From positions 17,630-81,629 of the forward strand of contig JAEUKY010000207.1 of assembly GCA_016794005.1 (NCBI GenBank): a stretch of 64,000 nucleotides of DNA. The letters run 5' to 3'. The translations under genes were made by a program, and so were the position numbers. Below are positions 8,961 through 17,626 of the stretch, piece by piece. This stretch comes from Rhodospirillales bacterium (GTDB lineage Bacteria > Pseudomonadota > Alphaproteobacteria > CACIAM-22H2). The stretch's first letter is position 1. Every line of letters begins with the position of its first letter. The notes below the pieces were generated by a model. That model did not search any database and was not told the DNA's origin. It worked only from the letters and a program-made list of their open reading frames with translations.

Positions 8961-9572
8961 CTAGTCCGGCAAGGGAATGGCCCGCGGCGGCCGCGCGAAG
9001 ACGTGCTTGACCATCGGCTCGAACGCCTCGATCGGAAGCTCGCGGATACCGGGATCGATCGTATTCTGGTCGTACTTGGCGACGAACTCGGCCGTCATCG
9101 CGAAATGCGGATGCCCGCGCCACTTTTCGCGCGCAAACCGGTCGACGTCCGGATGATCGTGGAAATGGATCGCCTGGAAATACTGATGCCGCTCGAGCAT
9201 CCAGACAAGATCGTCGCCGACAAACGGCGCCAGAAGACGTGCCGAAAACGCGCCGTGCGTCGGCGTGCAGGCGATAAACCCGATGTCGTGGAGGAGTGCC
9301 GCGACGACATAGTCCTCGGGGCGCCCGTCAGCGAGCGCCATCGTCGCCGACTGGATGCAATGCCGGAAATTGTTGACCTGATAACCGAACGTCGGATCGT
9401 CCTTGGAGGCAGCCAACAGGCGCAGGACCTGGTTGGCGTGCTGTTCCGCCATATAGGGCGCGCGCTGCGCCTTCAGTATCTGCCATTCGGCAGCACCGAA
9501 CTCGTCGAGCGTCGCTTTCCCGACATAACTCCAGTTCGGATCGAGTAGCCGCGATTGCTGCCTGTCCGACAT
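8961..9572 (-). CDS. HD-domain metal-dependent protein (phosphohydrolase/oxygenase superfamily)
   Basis: ORF 8961..9647 trimmed to the ATG at 9572 (MSDRQQSRLLDPNW...). H...HD motif (FRHCIQSA...VVAALLHDIG), followed by THGAF and ERHQYF histidines. Confidence 0.75.
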   Translation of the reverse strand: MSDRQQSRLLDPNWSYVGKATLDEFGAAEWQILKAQRAPYMAEQHANQVLRLLAASKDDPTFGYQVNNFRHCIQSATMALADGRPEDYVVAALLHDIGFIACTPTHGAFSARLLAPFVGDDLVWMLERHQYFQAIHFHDHPDVDRFAREKWRGHPHFAMTAEFVAKYDQNTIDPGIRELPIEAFEPMVKHVFARPPRAIPLPD

Positions 9573-9666
9573 CTTGCCCCGTTCCGGTCCCGGCGGATTC
9601 GTCAGTGTCGACGGAGGTTCCGCAAACGTCAACCTCGTCCCAAGCAATCAGCACGCCGGAGCGCGC

Positions 9667-9969
9667 CTAACGTACGGCTCCGGCGAACAGCGCTTCGGCG
9701 ATCGCCATGATTTCGGCATCGAACGGACCGGATGCGGGCCGCTTCCCGGCACGCCGGTACCAGTACCCGGCGTTGCCGAGATCGCCCTCGATCCTGTGCA
9801 GGCACGCATGCACCCAGTCGTGGTCCGGCTCGCCCTCATCCATCTGTACGAGCCCGTGTGCCGCATCCCACTCGCCTTTCGCCGCATGCCAGAGCGCTTG
9901 ATGCGGGCGGGAAAGGCCGGCCGGCGGCCTGTTGCCGGAGACGGATGCCTTGAACGCGACGATGTCCAT
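9667..9969 (-). CDS. Conserved hypothetical small protein (about 100 aa)
   Basis: ORF 9667..10008 trimmed to the ATG at 9969, preceded by GAGGA at about 8 nt. Balanced composition and GC3-rich codons. Motif WVHACLHRIEGDLGNAGYWYRRAG resembles a widespread uncharacterised family as I recall it. No function can be assigned. Confidence 0.5.
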   Translation of the reverse strand: MDIVAFKASVSGNRPPAGLSRPHQALWHAAKGEWDAAHGLVQMDEGEPDHDWVHACLHRIEGDLGNAGYWYRRAGKRPASGPFDAEIMAIAEALFAGAVR

Positions 9970-10089
9970 GTCCGTGATCCTCGCACCCTTGCCGGCCCCG
10001 CTCAACATCGTTCGGATGCAACTGGCTGGCGGGCGCCGACGATCCGGCTATCATACGGACCCCGAAGCCGCTCAGCCGAGAAAGCAGCC

Positions 10090-11088
10090 ATGAAATTCAA
10101 AGTCGGAATCTCCCGCGACGTGCTCGATGCCAGAGGCGAGCCGAGCTTCGGTCGAGCTGCCCTCGAAGTCCTGAAAGCGAACCCTGATCTTGAGTGGGAG
10201 TATCTGCCCGAGCGGATATCGGAGCTTACGCCCGACACCGCCAGCCGGTACGACGGCATCTATATCAGTTCGCCCAAGGTCACCCGTGCTTCGCTGTCGC
10301 GCGCCGACCGGCGCGTGAAAATCCTCGCCCGCCACGGCGTCGGCTACGATTCCGTCGATGTTCCGGCGACGACCGAGTTCGGCGTCGTTCTCACCAATAC
10401 GCCGATCGCGATCCGCCGGCCGATGGCGGTGGCGGCTTTGACGCTGATTTTCGCGCTGACGTCGCGCCTGTTCGTCAAGGACCAGCTCGTGCGGGAAGAC
10501 CGCTGGCTCGACCGGACAAGCCATATGGGCGTTGGCCTGACGACGCGCACGCTGGGCCTGATCGGGGCCGGCGGTATCGGGCAGGAGATCATGAGCCTCG
10601 CCCGTCCGTTCTTCCGAAGGATGATCGCCGCCGATCCCTATGGCGATGCCGCCCGTATCGCAGGTCTCGGTGCGGCGCTTGCTCCGATCGAAACCGTGAT
10701 GGCTGAAAGCGACATTGTCGTCTGCTGCTGCCTTCTCACCGACGAGACGCGCCATCTGGTCGACGCCGCGAAGTTCGCGCGGATGAAGCCGACGTCCTTC
10801 TTCGTCAATATCGCGCGCGGCCCCGTCGTCGACGAGCCGGCCCTGATCGAGGTACTGCAGGCCGGACGCATTGCCGGTGCCGGGCTCGACGTGTTCGAGC
10901 GCGAACCGATCGCCGCGGACAATCCGCTGAAGGGCATGAAGAACGTGATCCTGACTCCGCACGCGCTCGGCTGGACCGACGAGTGCTTCCACGACATGGC
11001 ATCGACGGGTCTCAAGAGCATCGTCGACTTCTCGCTTGGAAAGCGCCCGGTCCATGTCGTCAATCCCGACGTATTCGCCGGACGCTGA
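10090..11088 (+). CDS. D-isomer-specific 2-hydroxyacid dehydrogenase family protein
   Basis: Part of ORF 9574..11088, ATG at 10090 (MKFKVGISRDVLD...). NAD-binding GLIGAGGIGQEI. Catalytic-region motifs NIARGPVVDE, DVFEREP, LTPHALGW. Confidence 0.9.
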   Translation: MKFKVGISRDVLDARGEPSFGRAALEVLKANPDLEWEYLPERISELTPDTASRYDGIYISSPKVTRASLSRADRRVKILARHGVGYDSVDVPATTEFGVVLTNTPIAIRRPMAVAALTLIFALTSRLFVKDQLVREDRWLDRTSHMGVGLTTRTLGLIGAGGIGQEIMSLARPFFRRMIAADPYGDAARIAGLGAALAPIETVMAESDIVVCCCLLTDETRHLVDAAKFARMKPTSFFVNIARGPVVDEPALIEVLQAGRIAGAGLDVFEREPIAADNPLKGMKNVILTPHALGWTDECFHDMASTGLKSIVDFSLGKRPVHVVNPDVFAGR

Positions 11089-11173
11089 CGAATTCAGTGC
11101 CGCGGCCCTAGTACGCTGGCCCGAACCATGCAATGCTCGGCGATATCTCAGGGTGGTTGGAAATAGTCGTACC

Positions 11174-11947
11174 ATGGCGTTGCTGGAAATCGAGAACGTC
11201 ACGCGCAGCTTCTACGGCGTCAACGCGCTGAACGGCGTTTCCCTTTCCGTTGCGGGTGCGGGCATAACCGGCCTGATCGGACCCAACGGCGCCGGCAAGA
11301 CGACATTGTTCAACTGCATTTCTGGCGTCATCCCGCCGGATGGCGGCCGGATCGTATTCGACGGCGCCGACATCGCCGGCCGACGACCCGACCAGATCAC
11401 CAATGCCGGGCTCGTGCGTACGTTCCAGATCGCGCGCGGGCTGCAGCGCATGTCCGTCCTCGACAACCTGATGCTCTATGGCGCCGATCAACCCGGCGAA
11501 AGCATCTGGCATGCGCTCGTCCGCACGCCGGTGAGCGTCTCGCGCGAAAAGGAACTTGTCGATCGGGCATTGGCGATCGCAGCGCGGCTCAATCTGATGC
11601 GCGTAATCCGGAATCCGGCGTCGGACCTGTCCGGCGGCCAGAAGAAGCTTCTCGAAATCGGTCGCGCCCTGATGGCGCAGCCCAAGATGATCCTGCTCGA
11701 CGAGCCGGTCGCCGGCGTCAACCCGACGCTGGCACGCGAGATCGGCGAACATCTCACGTCCCTGGCGCGCGACGGACTTCCCATTCTGCTCATCGAGCAT
11801 CATATGGATATGATTTCGCGCCTTTGCGACCACGTGATCGTCATGGCCGAAGGCCGGCACCTTGCCGAAGGTCGATTCGAGGAAGTCGCCGACAACGCCC
11901 AGGTCCAGCAGGCCTATATGGGCCGCCGCTGGAAAAGTGCCGGCTGA
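11174..11947 (+). CDS. HAAT-family (branched-chain amino acid type) ABC transporter ATP-binding protein, LivG-like
   Basis: Part of ORF 11036..11947, ATG at 11174. GLIGPNGAGKTT, LSGGQKKLLEIGRAL, MILLDEPVAGV. Confidence 0.9.
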   Translation: MALLEIENVTRSFYGVNALNGVSLSVAGAGITGLIGPNGAGKTTLFNCISGVIPPDGGRIVFDGADIAGRRPDQITNAGLVRTFQIARGLQRMSVLDNLMLYGADQPGESIWHALVRTPVSVSREKELVDRALAIAARLNLMRVIRNPASDLSGGQKKLLEIGRALMAQPKMILLDEPVAGVNPTLAREIGEHLTSLARDGLPILLIEHHMDMISRLCDHVIVMAEGRHLAEGRFEEVADNAQVQQAYMGRRWKSAG

Positions 11948-12654
11948 TGGCCGAGTTGTCCGCACGCGGAATCGTCGCCGGATACGGGGCAGCCGACGAG
12001 ATTCTCAAGGGCGTCGACTTTTCCGTCGGACGCGGCGAGATCGTCTGCATCATTGGGCCGAACGGTGCAGGCAAATCCACCTTGTTGAAGACGATTTCCG
12101 GCCTTCTGCGGCCAAAGGCCGGGACGGTTCTGCTCGACGGCAACGACATCACCGGTCGCCTTCCGCGCGATATCGCACACGCCGGGCTCGCCTATGTGCC
12201 GCAGGAGCACAACATCTTCCCGTCGATGAGCGTGCGCGAGAATCTCGAGATGGGAGGCTATATCGATCCCGGCGCGGTTTCGAAGCGGATCGTCAAGGCA
12301 ATGGAGCGCTTTCCGGTCCTCGGCGCAAAGCAGCGCCACGCGGCCCGGACGCTTTCGGGCGGCGAACGGCAGATTCTCGCGATGGCGATGGCGCTGATGG
12401 TCGAGCCGAGCGTGCTGATGCTGGACGAGCCGTCGGCTGGCCTGTCGCCGCTGGCGGCCGAGAAGCTGTTCGACGCGATCATCGAGATCAATCGCGACGG
12501 ACTTTCGATCGGAATGGTCGAGCAGAATGCAAGCGAGGCCTTGGCGATCTCGAGCAAGGCGTACATTCTTGTCGACGGACGCAACAGTCGGACCGGGGAT
12601 GCCGCCGTGCTTGCGGCGAACCCCGAGATCCAGCGCATCTTTCTCGGCGCCTGA
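11947..12654 (+). CDS. HAAT-family ABC transporter ATP-binding protein, LivF-like
   Basis: Part of ORF 11824..12654. ATG at 11947 overlaps the livG-like stop by 1 nt (TGATG, stop 11945-11947). IIGPNGAGKST, LSGGERQILAMAMAL, LMLDEPSAGLSP. Confidence 0.9.
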   Translation: MAELSARGIVAGYGAADEILKGVDFSVGRGEIVCIIGPNGAGKSTLLKTISGLLRPKAGTVLLDGNDITGRLPRDIAHAGLAYVPQEHNIFPSMSVRENLEMGGYIDPGAVSKRIVKAMERFPVLGAKQRHAARTLSGGERQILAMAMALMVEPSVLMLDEPSAGLSPLAAEKLFDAIIEINRDGLSIGMVEQNASEALAISSKAYILVDGRNSRTGDAAVLAANPEIQRIFLGA

Positions 12655-12701
12655 GACCGCAAACGGGGATTCATCGGAAATCCGAACGGATGGAGGAAAG
12701 A

Positions 12702-13901
12702 ATGAAGGGTCTGAACCGGAGAAAAGTCCTGAAACTGGCCGCCGCAACGGCAGCCGTCGGCACGATGCCTGTCCGTGCATACGCCCAGGCGGAGCCGCTG
12801 CGGGTCGGCATCCTCACGCCCCTTACCGGCGCGGGGGGCAACGACGGCCCGCGAATGCTCAAAGCGATGCAGGCCGTTTTCGAAGAGGTCAACAAGGCCG
12901 GTGGCGTGCTCGGCCGACGGATCGAAACGGTCGTCGAAGACGACCAGACCAACCCGGAAGCGGCCGTCCGCGCAGCGCGCAAGCTGATCGAAGTGAACAA
13001 GGTCCCCGTCATCCTGGGGACTTGGGCATCGGCGGTCACGGCTGCGGTGGCGCCGGTCTGCTGGGAGTCCAAGACCTTCCTGATGACGGTTTCCGGCGCG
13101 GATACGATTACCCTCCTCCCGCATCAAGGGTTCCTCATCCGCACCCAGCCGAACAGCAAGCTGCAGGCAACTTCGCACGGCGAGTTCGTCGCAAGTCTCG
13201 GCAGCAAGCGCGTCGCCGTCATCGGCATCCAGGCGCCGTTCGCGCTGCCGACGAAAGAACATCTCGACACGTTGCTCAAGGCCAAGGGTGGCGCGGTCGT
13301 CTCGCACGTGATCTACGAAAAGGACAAGACGACCTATCGCTCTGAGATCGATCAGGCGATGCGCTCGAATCCGGACTTCCTGTATCTGAATGGCTACGCG
13401 CCGGATACGGTCGTTCTGCTTCGCGACCTCTACCGGGCCAACATCAATCTCGGGAAGTTCTGCCAGTCCTACGCCGTCCCTCAGGCGACGCTCGACACAA
13501 TGCCGCCCGAAGTCTCGGAAGGCGTGATGACGGGGCAGCCGTCGGCGGACGTCGAAAGCACTGCCTACCGCAGCGCATGCGCGCGCCTCGGCGTCAAGGA
13601 GATCGACGGCTACGAGGCACAGGCGACGGATTGGGCAAGCCTTACCGTCCTGACGATCGCCAAGGCGAAGGAAGCGAGCGGCGTGGCGCTGAAGGAGAAC
13701 GTCCGCAAGATCAGCCAGGGTAGCGGCGAAAAGGTCTACAACGCGATCGACGGGCTGAAGGCCATCGCGGCCGGCAAGGAGATCAACTACGAAGGCGCGT
13801 CGGGCCCGTGCGATTTCACGGACATCGGCGACATCAGCGGCTGCCGCTTCCGCTACATGAAGGTGGCGAAGGGCAAGCTCGAGTTCCTGAAGCTCGTCTG
13901 A
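12702..13901 (+). CDS. HAAT-family ABC transporter substrate-binding protein (LivK-like fold)
   Basis: Part of ORF 11862..13901. ATG at 12702 follows GGAGGAAAG. RR signal (LNRRKVLKLAAATAAVGTMPVRAYAQ). Type-I periplasmic binding protein pattern. Confidence 0.9.
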   Translation: MKGLNRRKVLKLAAATAAVGTMPVRAYAQAEPLRVGILTPLTGAGGNDGPRMLKAMQAVFEEVNKAGGVLGRRIETVVEDDQTNPEAAVRAARKLIEVNKVPVILGTWASAVTAAVAPVCWESKTFLMTVSGADTITLLPHQGFLIRTQPNSKLQATSHGEFVASLGSKRVAVIGIQAPFALPTKEHLDTLLKAKGGAVVSHVIYEKDKTTYRSEIDQAMRSNPDFLYLNGYAPDTVVLLRDLYRANINLGKFCQSYAVPQATLDTMPPEVSEGVMTGQPSADVESTAYRSACARLGVKEIDGYEAQATDWASLTVLTIAKAKEASGVALKENVRKISQGSGEKVYNAIDGLKAIAAGKEINYEGASGPCDFTDIGDISGCRFRYMKVAKGKLEFLKLV

Positions 13902-13906
13902 CGGAC

Positions 13907-13937
13907 GCGGGCGGCGGTCATTCCGATCGCCGCCCGC
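13907..13937 (+). terminator. Intercistronic GC-rich stem-loop after the SBP gene (partial terminator or 3-prime stabiliser)
   Basis: GCGGGCGGCG (13907-13916) pairs perfectly with CGCCGCCCGC (13928-13937), with an 11-nt loop. It starts 6 nt after the SBP stop and is followed by CATTTCC, which is not a strong U-tract. Confidence 0.45.
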
Positions 13938-13970
13938 CATTTCCAGGAAAGAGAAGCGACCGGCCCGCGC

Positions 13971-14831
13971 ATGGAAGTCCTCCAACTGATTCTCAACGGC
14001 CTCATGGCTGGAACGGTTCTCGCCGTTCCGGCCATCGGACTGACCGCCATTTTCGCGGTCCTGCGCTTTACGAACTTCGCTCTCGCGTCGCACATGACCA
14101 TCGGCGCATTCGCCGGGTTCATCGCGAACACGACGTTCGGACTGCCGATCGTCCCCGCCCTCGCAGCGGCCTTCGTCGTCGCCGGGATCATCGGATGGAT
14201 GTCGGACGAGTTCGTTCTGCGCCCGCTCCGCGCGAGCGGGTTCGTTACCACCGCCATCGGATCGATCGCGCTGACGATCGCACTCGAGAACTTCGTGCGA
14301 TTCGGCTTCGGAAACCAGATGCGCGGCTACGACCTTCCGCTGCGCCGGGACTGGGTCATTTCCGGCCTGCGCGTCAGCCCGCAGCAATTCGAGAACCTGC
14401 TGATAGCCATCGTCGTAGTGGCGATGCTGTTCGCGTTCCTGTCGATGACCCGCACCGGCAAGGCAATGCGGGCCGTCGCCGACAACCCAATGCTCGCGTC
14501 GATCAAGGGGATCAATTCCGACATGGTCGCCCGACTCGTCTCGTTCATCGCGATGGGGCTCGCCGGCCTCGGCGGCATGCTCAGTGGGCTCGACACGACC
14601 ATCGATCCGCTCGTCGGCTTCCGGACGATCCTTTCCGTTTTCGCGGCGGCGGTCGTCGGCGGGCTCGGCAGCATCCCGGGTGCGGTCGTCGGTGCGCTGG
14701 TGATCGGCGTAGGCGAAGAACTGAGCCTTCTGGTCCTCACGCCGGCCTATCGCACCGCCGTCGGCTTCATCGCGATCCTCCTCGTGCTGACATTCCGTCC
14801 GCGCGGCATCCTCGGCCAAAGAGCCTATTAG
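13971..14831 (+). CDS. HAAT-family ABC transporter permease, LivH-like
   Basis: 286-aa ORF (MEVLQLILNGLMAGTVLAVPAIGLTAIF...), typical LivH N-terminus and TM profile. Confidence 0.9.
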   Translation: MEVLQLILNGLMAGTVLAVPAIGLTAIFAVLRFTNFALASHMTIGAFAGFIANTTFGLPIVPALAAAFVVAGIIGWMSDEFVLRPLRASGFVTTAIGSIALTIALENFVRFGFGNQMRGYDLPLRRDWVISGLRVSPQQFENLLIAIVVVAMLFAFLSMTRTGKAMRAVADNPMLASIKGINSDMVARLVSFIAMGLAGLGGMLSGLDTTIDPLVGFRTILSVFAAAVVGGLGSIPGAVVGALVIGVGEELSLLVLTPAYRTAVGFIAILLVLTFRPRGILGQRAY

Positions 14832-14842
14832 GGAGGCGGGGA

Positions 14843-15778
14843 ATGGAACACTACCTCGTCGCGATGGGCGTCACTGCCGGGATCTACGCGTTGATGGCGC
14901 TCGGCATGAACGTGATCTGGGGCATGGCAGGCCTTATCAACCTCGGCCTCGTCGGCTTCTTCGCCGTCGGCGCCTACACGTCTGGGATCCTGACGCTCAA
15001 GTTCGGCTGGCCGATCCTCGCCGGGATCGCCGCGGGAACGCTCGTGGCGTCGCTGTTCGGCGTCTTCGTGGCGCTGATCACGGTACGACTCCGTGGCGAC
15101 TATCTTGCCATCGTCACACTCGGTTTCGCCGAGACGATGCGCATCATCATGTCGAACGAGCTCTGGATCGCGAACGGGACGGATGGCCTCTCGGGCATTC
15201 CCGGGCCGTTCCGGCAGGCGCTGGGGCCGCACGCCTTCAATCTGCAGTTTCTCGCGATCGTCATCGTCGCCGTCGCGATCCTGTTCGTGCTGCTGCAACG
15301 CCTGACGCGCTCTCCCTTCGGGCGCGTGCTGCGCGGAATCCGCGAGGACGAACAGGTCGTCCAAGTAGCCGGCAAGAACGTCGTCATGTTCAAGGTGAAG
15401 GCTTTTGCCGTCGGTACAGCAGCACTCGGCCTGTCGGGCGCGCTCTACGGCCACTTTACCAGCTACATCGCGCCCGACCTGTTCGCGCCGCTGCTGACGC
15501 TCTACATCAAGCTGTCGCTTCTTTCGGGTGGTCTTGGCAACAATGTCGGTGCCGTCGTCGGCGCGGTACTGGTCGTCTTCTTTCTCGAATCCACGCGTTT
15601 CGTCATCCCCTATGTGCCCGAGCTTTCGGCCGTACAGGGTGCGGCGCTGAGGGAGATCCTAATTGCCGTCGCCCTGCTGCTCATCCTGCGGATACGCGCG
15701 CGCGGCCTCATCCCCGAGAAGGTCGGGGACTTCCCGCTTCCCGAGCCGACCCGGGCCTCGCAACCTCTCAAACCCTGA
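14843..15778 (+). CDS. HAAT-family ABC transporter permease, LivM-like
   Basis: Part of ORF 13808..15778. ATG at 14843 follows GGGAGG. LivM-type core (GMNVIWGMAGLINLGLVGFFAVGAY, NGTDGLSGIP). Confidence 0.9.
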   Translation: MEHYLVAMGVTAGIYALMALGMNVIWGMAGLINLGLVGFFAVGAYTSGILTLKFGWPILAGIAAGTLVASLFGVFVALITVRLRGDYLAIVTLGFAETMRIIMSNELWIANGTDGLSGIPGPFRQALGPHAFNLQFLAIVIVAVAILFVLLQRLTRSPFGRVLRGIREDEQVVQVAGKNVVMFKVKAFAVGTAALGLSGALYGHFTSYIAPDLFAPLLTLYIKLSLLSGGLGNNVGAVVGAVLVVFFLESTRFVIPYVPELSAVQGAALREILIAVALLLILRIRARGLIPEKVGDFPLPEPTRASQPLKP

Positions 15779-15789
15779 AAGCCGACGAC

Positions 15790-16296
15790 ATGCCGAAGAA
15801 GTTTCGCGAATTGACGCTGCAGGATGTGGCGACGGTCGTCGCCCTGACGAACGAGAAGGCAGACCGCCAGATCGTCTACAAGGCCGTCGAGAAGATCGCA
15901 GGCGAGACATGCGGCTGGGTCCTGCTGACGACGCTCAAGTACAACGAGGCGGAGCAGGTCGTCGAACGCGTTCACTCGAGCAATGAATCGGCATATCCGC
16001 TCGGCGGCAAGAAGCCGCTATCGAAGATCACCAAGAGCCACGAGCAGATGGAATCCGGCGAGGTCTTTCTGGCCCCGGACCGCGCGGCGGTGAAGGAAAC
16101 GTTCTTCGACCATGAACTCATCTTCTCGCTCGGCATCACCGCCATCCTCAACTCTCCGATCCGCCACGCCGGCAAGCGCCTCGGATCGCTCAATTTCTGC
16201 GGCGAGGAAGGCATGTACGGCGAGACCGAGACCCGCAACGCCAAGATCCTTGCCGGCCTGCTGGTTCCCTGCCTGCTCCAGGAGATAAAGGCCTGA
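15790..16296 (+). CDS. Stand-alone GAF-domain protein (168 aa)
   Basis: ORF 15790..16296, 11 nt after the livM-like gene. C-terminal GAF-like pattern (LGITAILNSPIRHAGKRLGSLNFCGEEGMYGETETRNAKILAGLL). No DNA-binding or catalytic output domain is attached. Confidence 0.7.
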   Translation: MPKKFRELTLQDVATVVALTNEKADRQIVYKAVEKIAGETCGWVLLTTLKYNEAEQVVERVHSSNESAYPLGGKKPLSKITKSHEQMESGEVFLAPDRAAVKETFFDHELIFSLGITAILNSPIRHAGKRLGSLNFCGEEGMYGETETRNAKILAGLLVPCLLQEIKA

Positions 16297-16311
16297 TCTC
16301 GCGGGCGGAGA

Positions 16312-16339
16312 TTGACGTGGCGGACCGGAGCGTTAACAT
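16312..16339 (+). promoter_or_regulatory. Candidate internal sigma70-type promoter upstream of the amidohydrolase genes
   Basis: TTGACG (16312-16317), 16-nt spacer, TAACAT (16334-16339). Located in the 73-nt gap after the GAF gene. Confidence 0.35.
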
Positions 16340-16359
16340 TCGACATTGGACATTCGACA
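16336..16359 (+). repeat. Perfect 10-nt direct repeat ACATTCGACA x2 (14-nt period), candidate operator
   Basis: ACATTCGACA at 16336-16345 and 16350-16359, separated by TTGG. It overlaps the candidate -10 and the predicted transcription start and ends 10 nt before ATG 16370. Confidence 0.5.
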
Positions 16360-16369
16360 ACCGGGGACG

Positions 16370-17614
16370 ATGAAGGCCATGACGCTCTACCACTTCAAGA
16401 ATTTCGAGATGCTCGACCCCGAAGTCGGTTCCCTGAAGGGGGGTTACGAGCTGGTCGTCGAGAACGACAAGATCCGCGAAATCTCGTCGAAGCCGATCAA
16501 GTCGAAGAGCGCCGATGTCGTCGATTGCGGCAAGCGCACGCTGATGCCAGGCCTGATCGACAGTCATGTGCATGCGGTCCTTTCCGAAGTCGTCATCCGC
16601 AACATGGAGAGCGTGCCCCTCACGCTTATGACCGCTCGCGCGGCCGATCTGCTGAAGCGCATGCTCGATCGCGGCTTCACGACCGTTCGCGACACGGGCG
16701 GCGCCGACTGGGGGCTCAAGGAAGCGACCGACAAGGGATTGATCCCAGGTCCGCGTCTGTTCATTGCCGGCAAGGCGATCGGTCCGACGGGCGGCCACAG
16801 CGACGGTCGCCGTCGCACCGATGCGGGCACGCGCTGCCATTGCTGCAATGCCCTCGCCTTCTCGATGGGCGTGGCGGACGGCGTGTCGGGCGTGCGCCGG
16901 GCAGTGCGCGAGGAGATGCGCCAGGGTGCTGACCAGATCAAGATCATGATGTCGGGCGGCGTGGCGTCGCCCTACGACCCGCTCGACAGCCTCCAGTTCT
17001 CGATGGACGAAGTCCACGCCGCCGTCGAGGAAGCGCACGCCTTCGGCCGCTATGTCTGCGCCCACGCCTATACGCCCGAAGCGATCACCCGCGCCGCCAA
17101 GGCCGGCGTGCGGACGATCGAGCACGGCAACCTGATCGACGACGCCTCGGCCAAGATGATGGCGCAGAAGGGCATGTTCCTCGTCGCCAACCTCGTCACC
17201 TATTTCGAGATGAAGAAGCGGGCCGCCGAATACGGGATGAGCGCGGACATGCTCGCCAAGAACGATCTGGTGATCGACGGCGCGCTGCGTTCGCTCGAAA
17301 TCTGCAAGCGCCACGGCGTTCCCGTCGCCTACGGCACCGACCTTCTGGGCCAGTTGCAGACGGAGCAGTCCCAGGAATTCACGATCCGTGCGCAGGTCGT
17401 CTCCCCGATCGAGATCATTCGGTCCGCCACGACGATCGGTGCGCAGCTCCTCCGGATGGAAGGGAAGCTTGGCTGCCTGAAGCCCGGAGCTTTCGCCGAC
17501 CTGATCGTCGTGAACGGAAATCCTCTCAAGAATCTCGGCCTGTTCCAGGACCAGGGTAAGCACCTGTCCGCGATCATGAAGGGCGGGAAGTTCCACAAGA
17601 ACGCGCTGCACTAG
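16370..17614 (+). CDS. Amidohydrolase-superfamily metallohydrolase (COG1228-like), copy 1
   Basis: ORF 16346..17614 (TTG) trimmed to the ATG at 16370 (alternative ATG 16379) by alignment with the paralog. Metal-ligand motifs LIDSHVHA, KIMMSGG, VCAHAY, TIEHGN, AYGTD. Confidence 0.9.
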   Translation: MKAMTLYHFKNFEMLDPEVGSLKGGYELVVENDKIREISSKPIKSKSADVVDCGKRTLMPGLIDSHVHAVLSEVVIRNMESVPLTLMTARAADLLKRMLDRGFTTVRDTGGADWGLKEATDKGLIPGPRLFIAGKAIGPTGGHSDGRRRTDAGTRCHCCNALAFSMGVADGVSGVRRAVREEMRQGADQIKIMMSGGVASPYDPLDSLQFSMDEVHAAVEEAHAFGRYVCAHAYTPEAITRAAKAGVRTIEHGNLIDDASAKMMAQKGMFLVANLVTYFEMKKRAAEYGMSADMLAKNDLVIDGALRSLEICKRHGVPVAYGTDLLGQLQTEQSQEFTIRAQVVSPIEIIRSATTIGAQLLRMEGKLGCLKPGAFADLIVVNGNPLKNLGLFQDQGKHLSAIMKGGKFHKNALH

Positions 17615-17626
17615 GATCCCGCCACC

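Noticed and set aside
8961-9572. HD-domain protein plus the PhyH oxygenase (25247..26134) as a PhnY/PhnZ-like or TmpA/TmpB-like phosphonate C-P cleavage pair
   Set aside because: The two genes are about 16 kb apart, on opposite strands and in different operons. There is no phosphonate transporter or aminotransferase nearby. The pairing is not supported.
12258-14819. 853-aa ORF on the minus strand spanning the HAAT SBP and permease genes
   Set aside because: Its composition is extremely Arg/Asp/Glu/Gly-rich and low-complexity, as expected from off-frame or antisense translation of high-GC coding DNA. It has no recognisable domain and is fully overlapped by strongly recognisable plus-strand genes.
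16346-16369. TTG start at 16346 for amidohydrolase 1 and ATG 56857 for the second enolase gene, as given by the ORF track
   Set aside because: Alignment with the paralog supports ATG 16370 (or 16379), and the TTG lies inside the direct-repeat operator. ATG 56857 directly abuts the predicted -10 box, so ATG 56863 is favoured. Both remain unverified.
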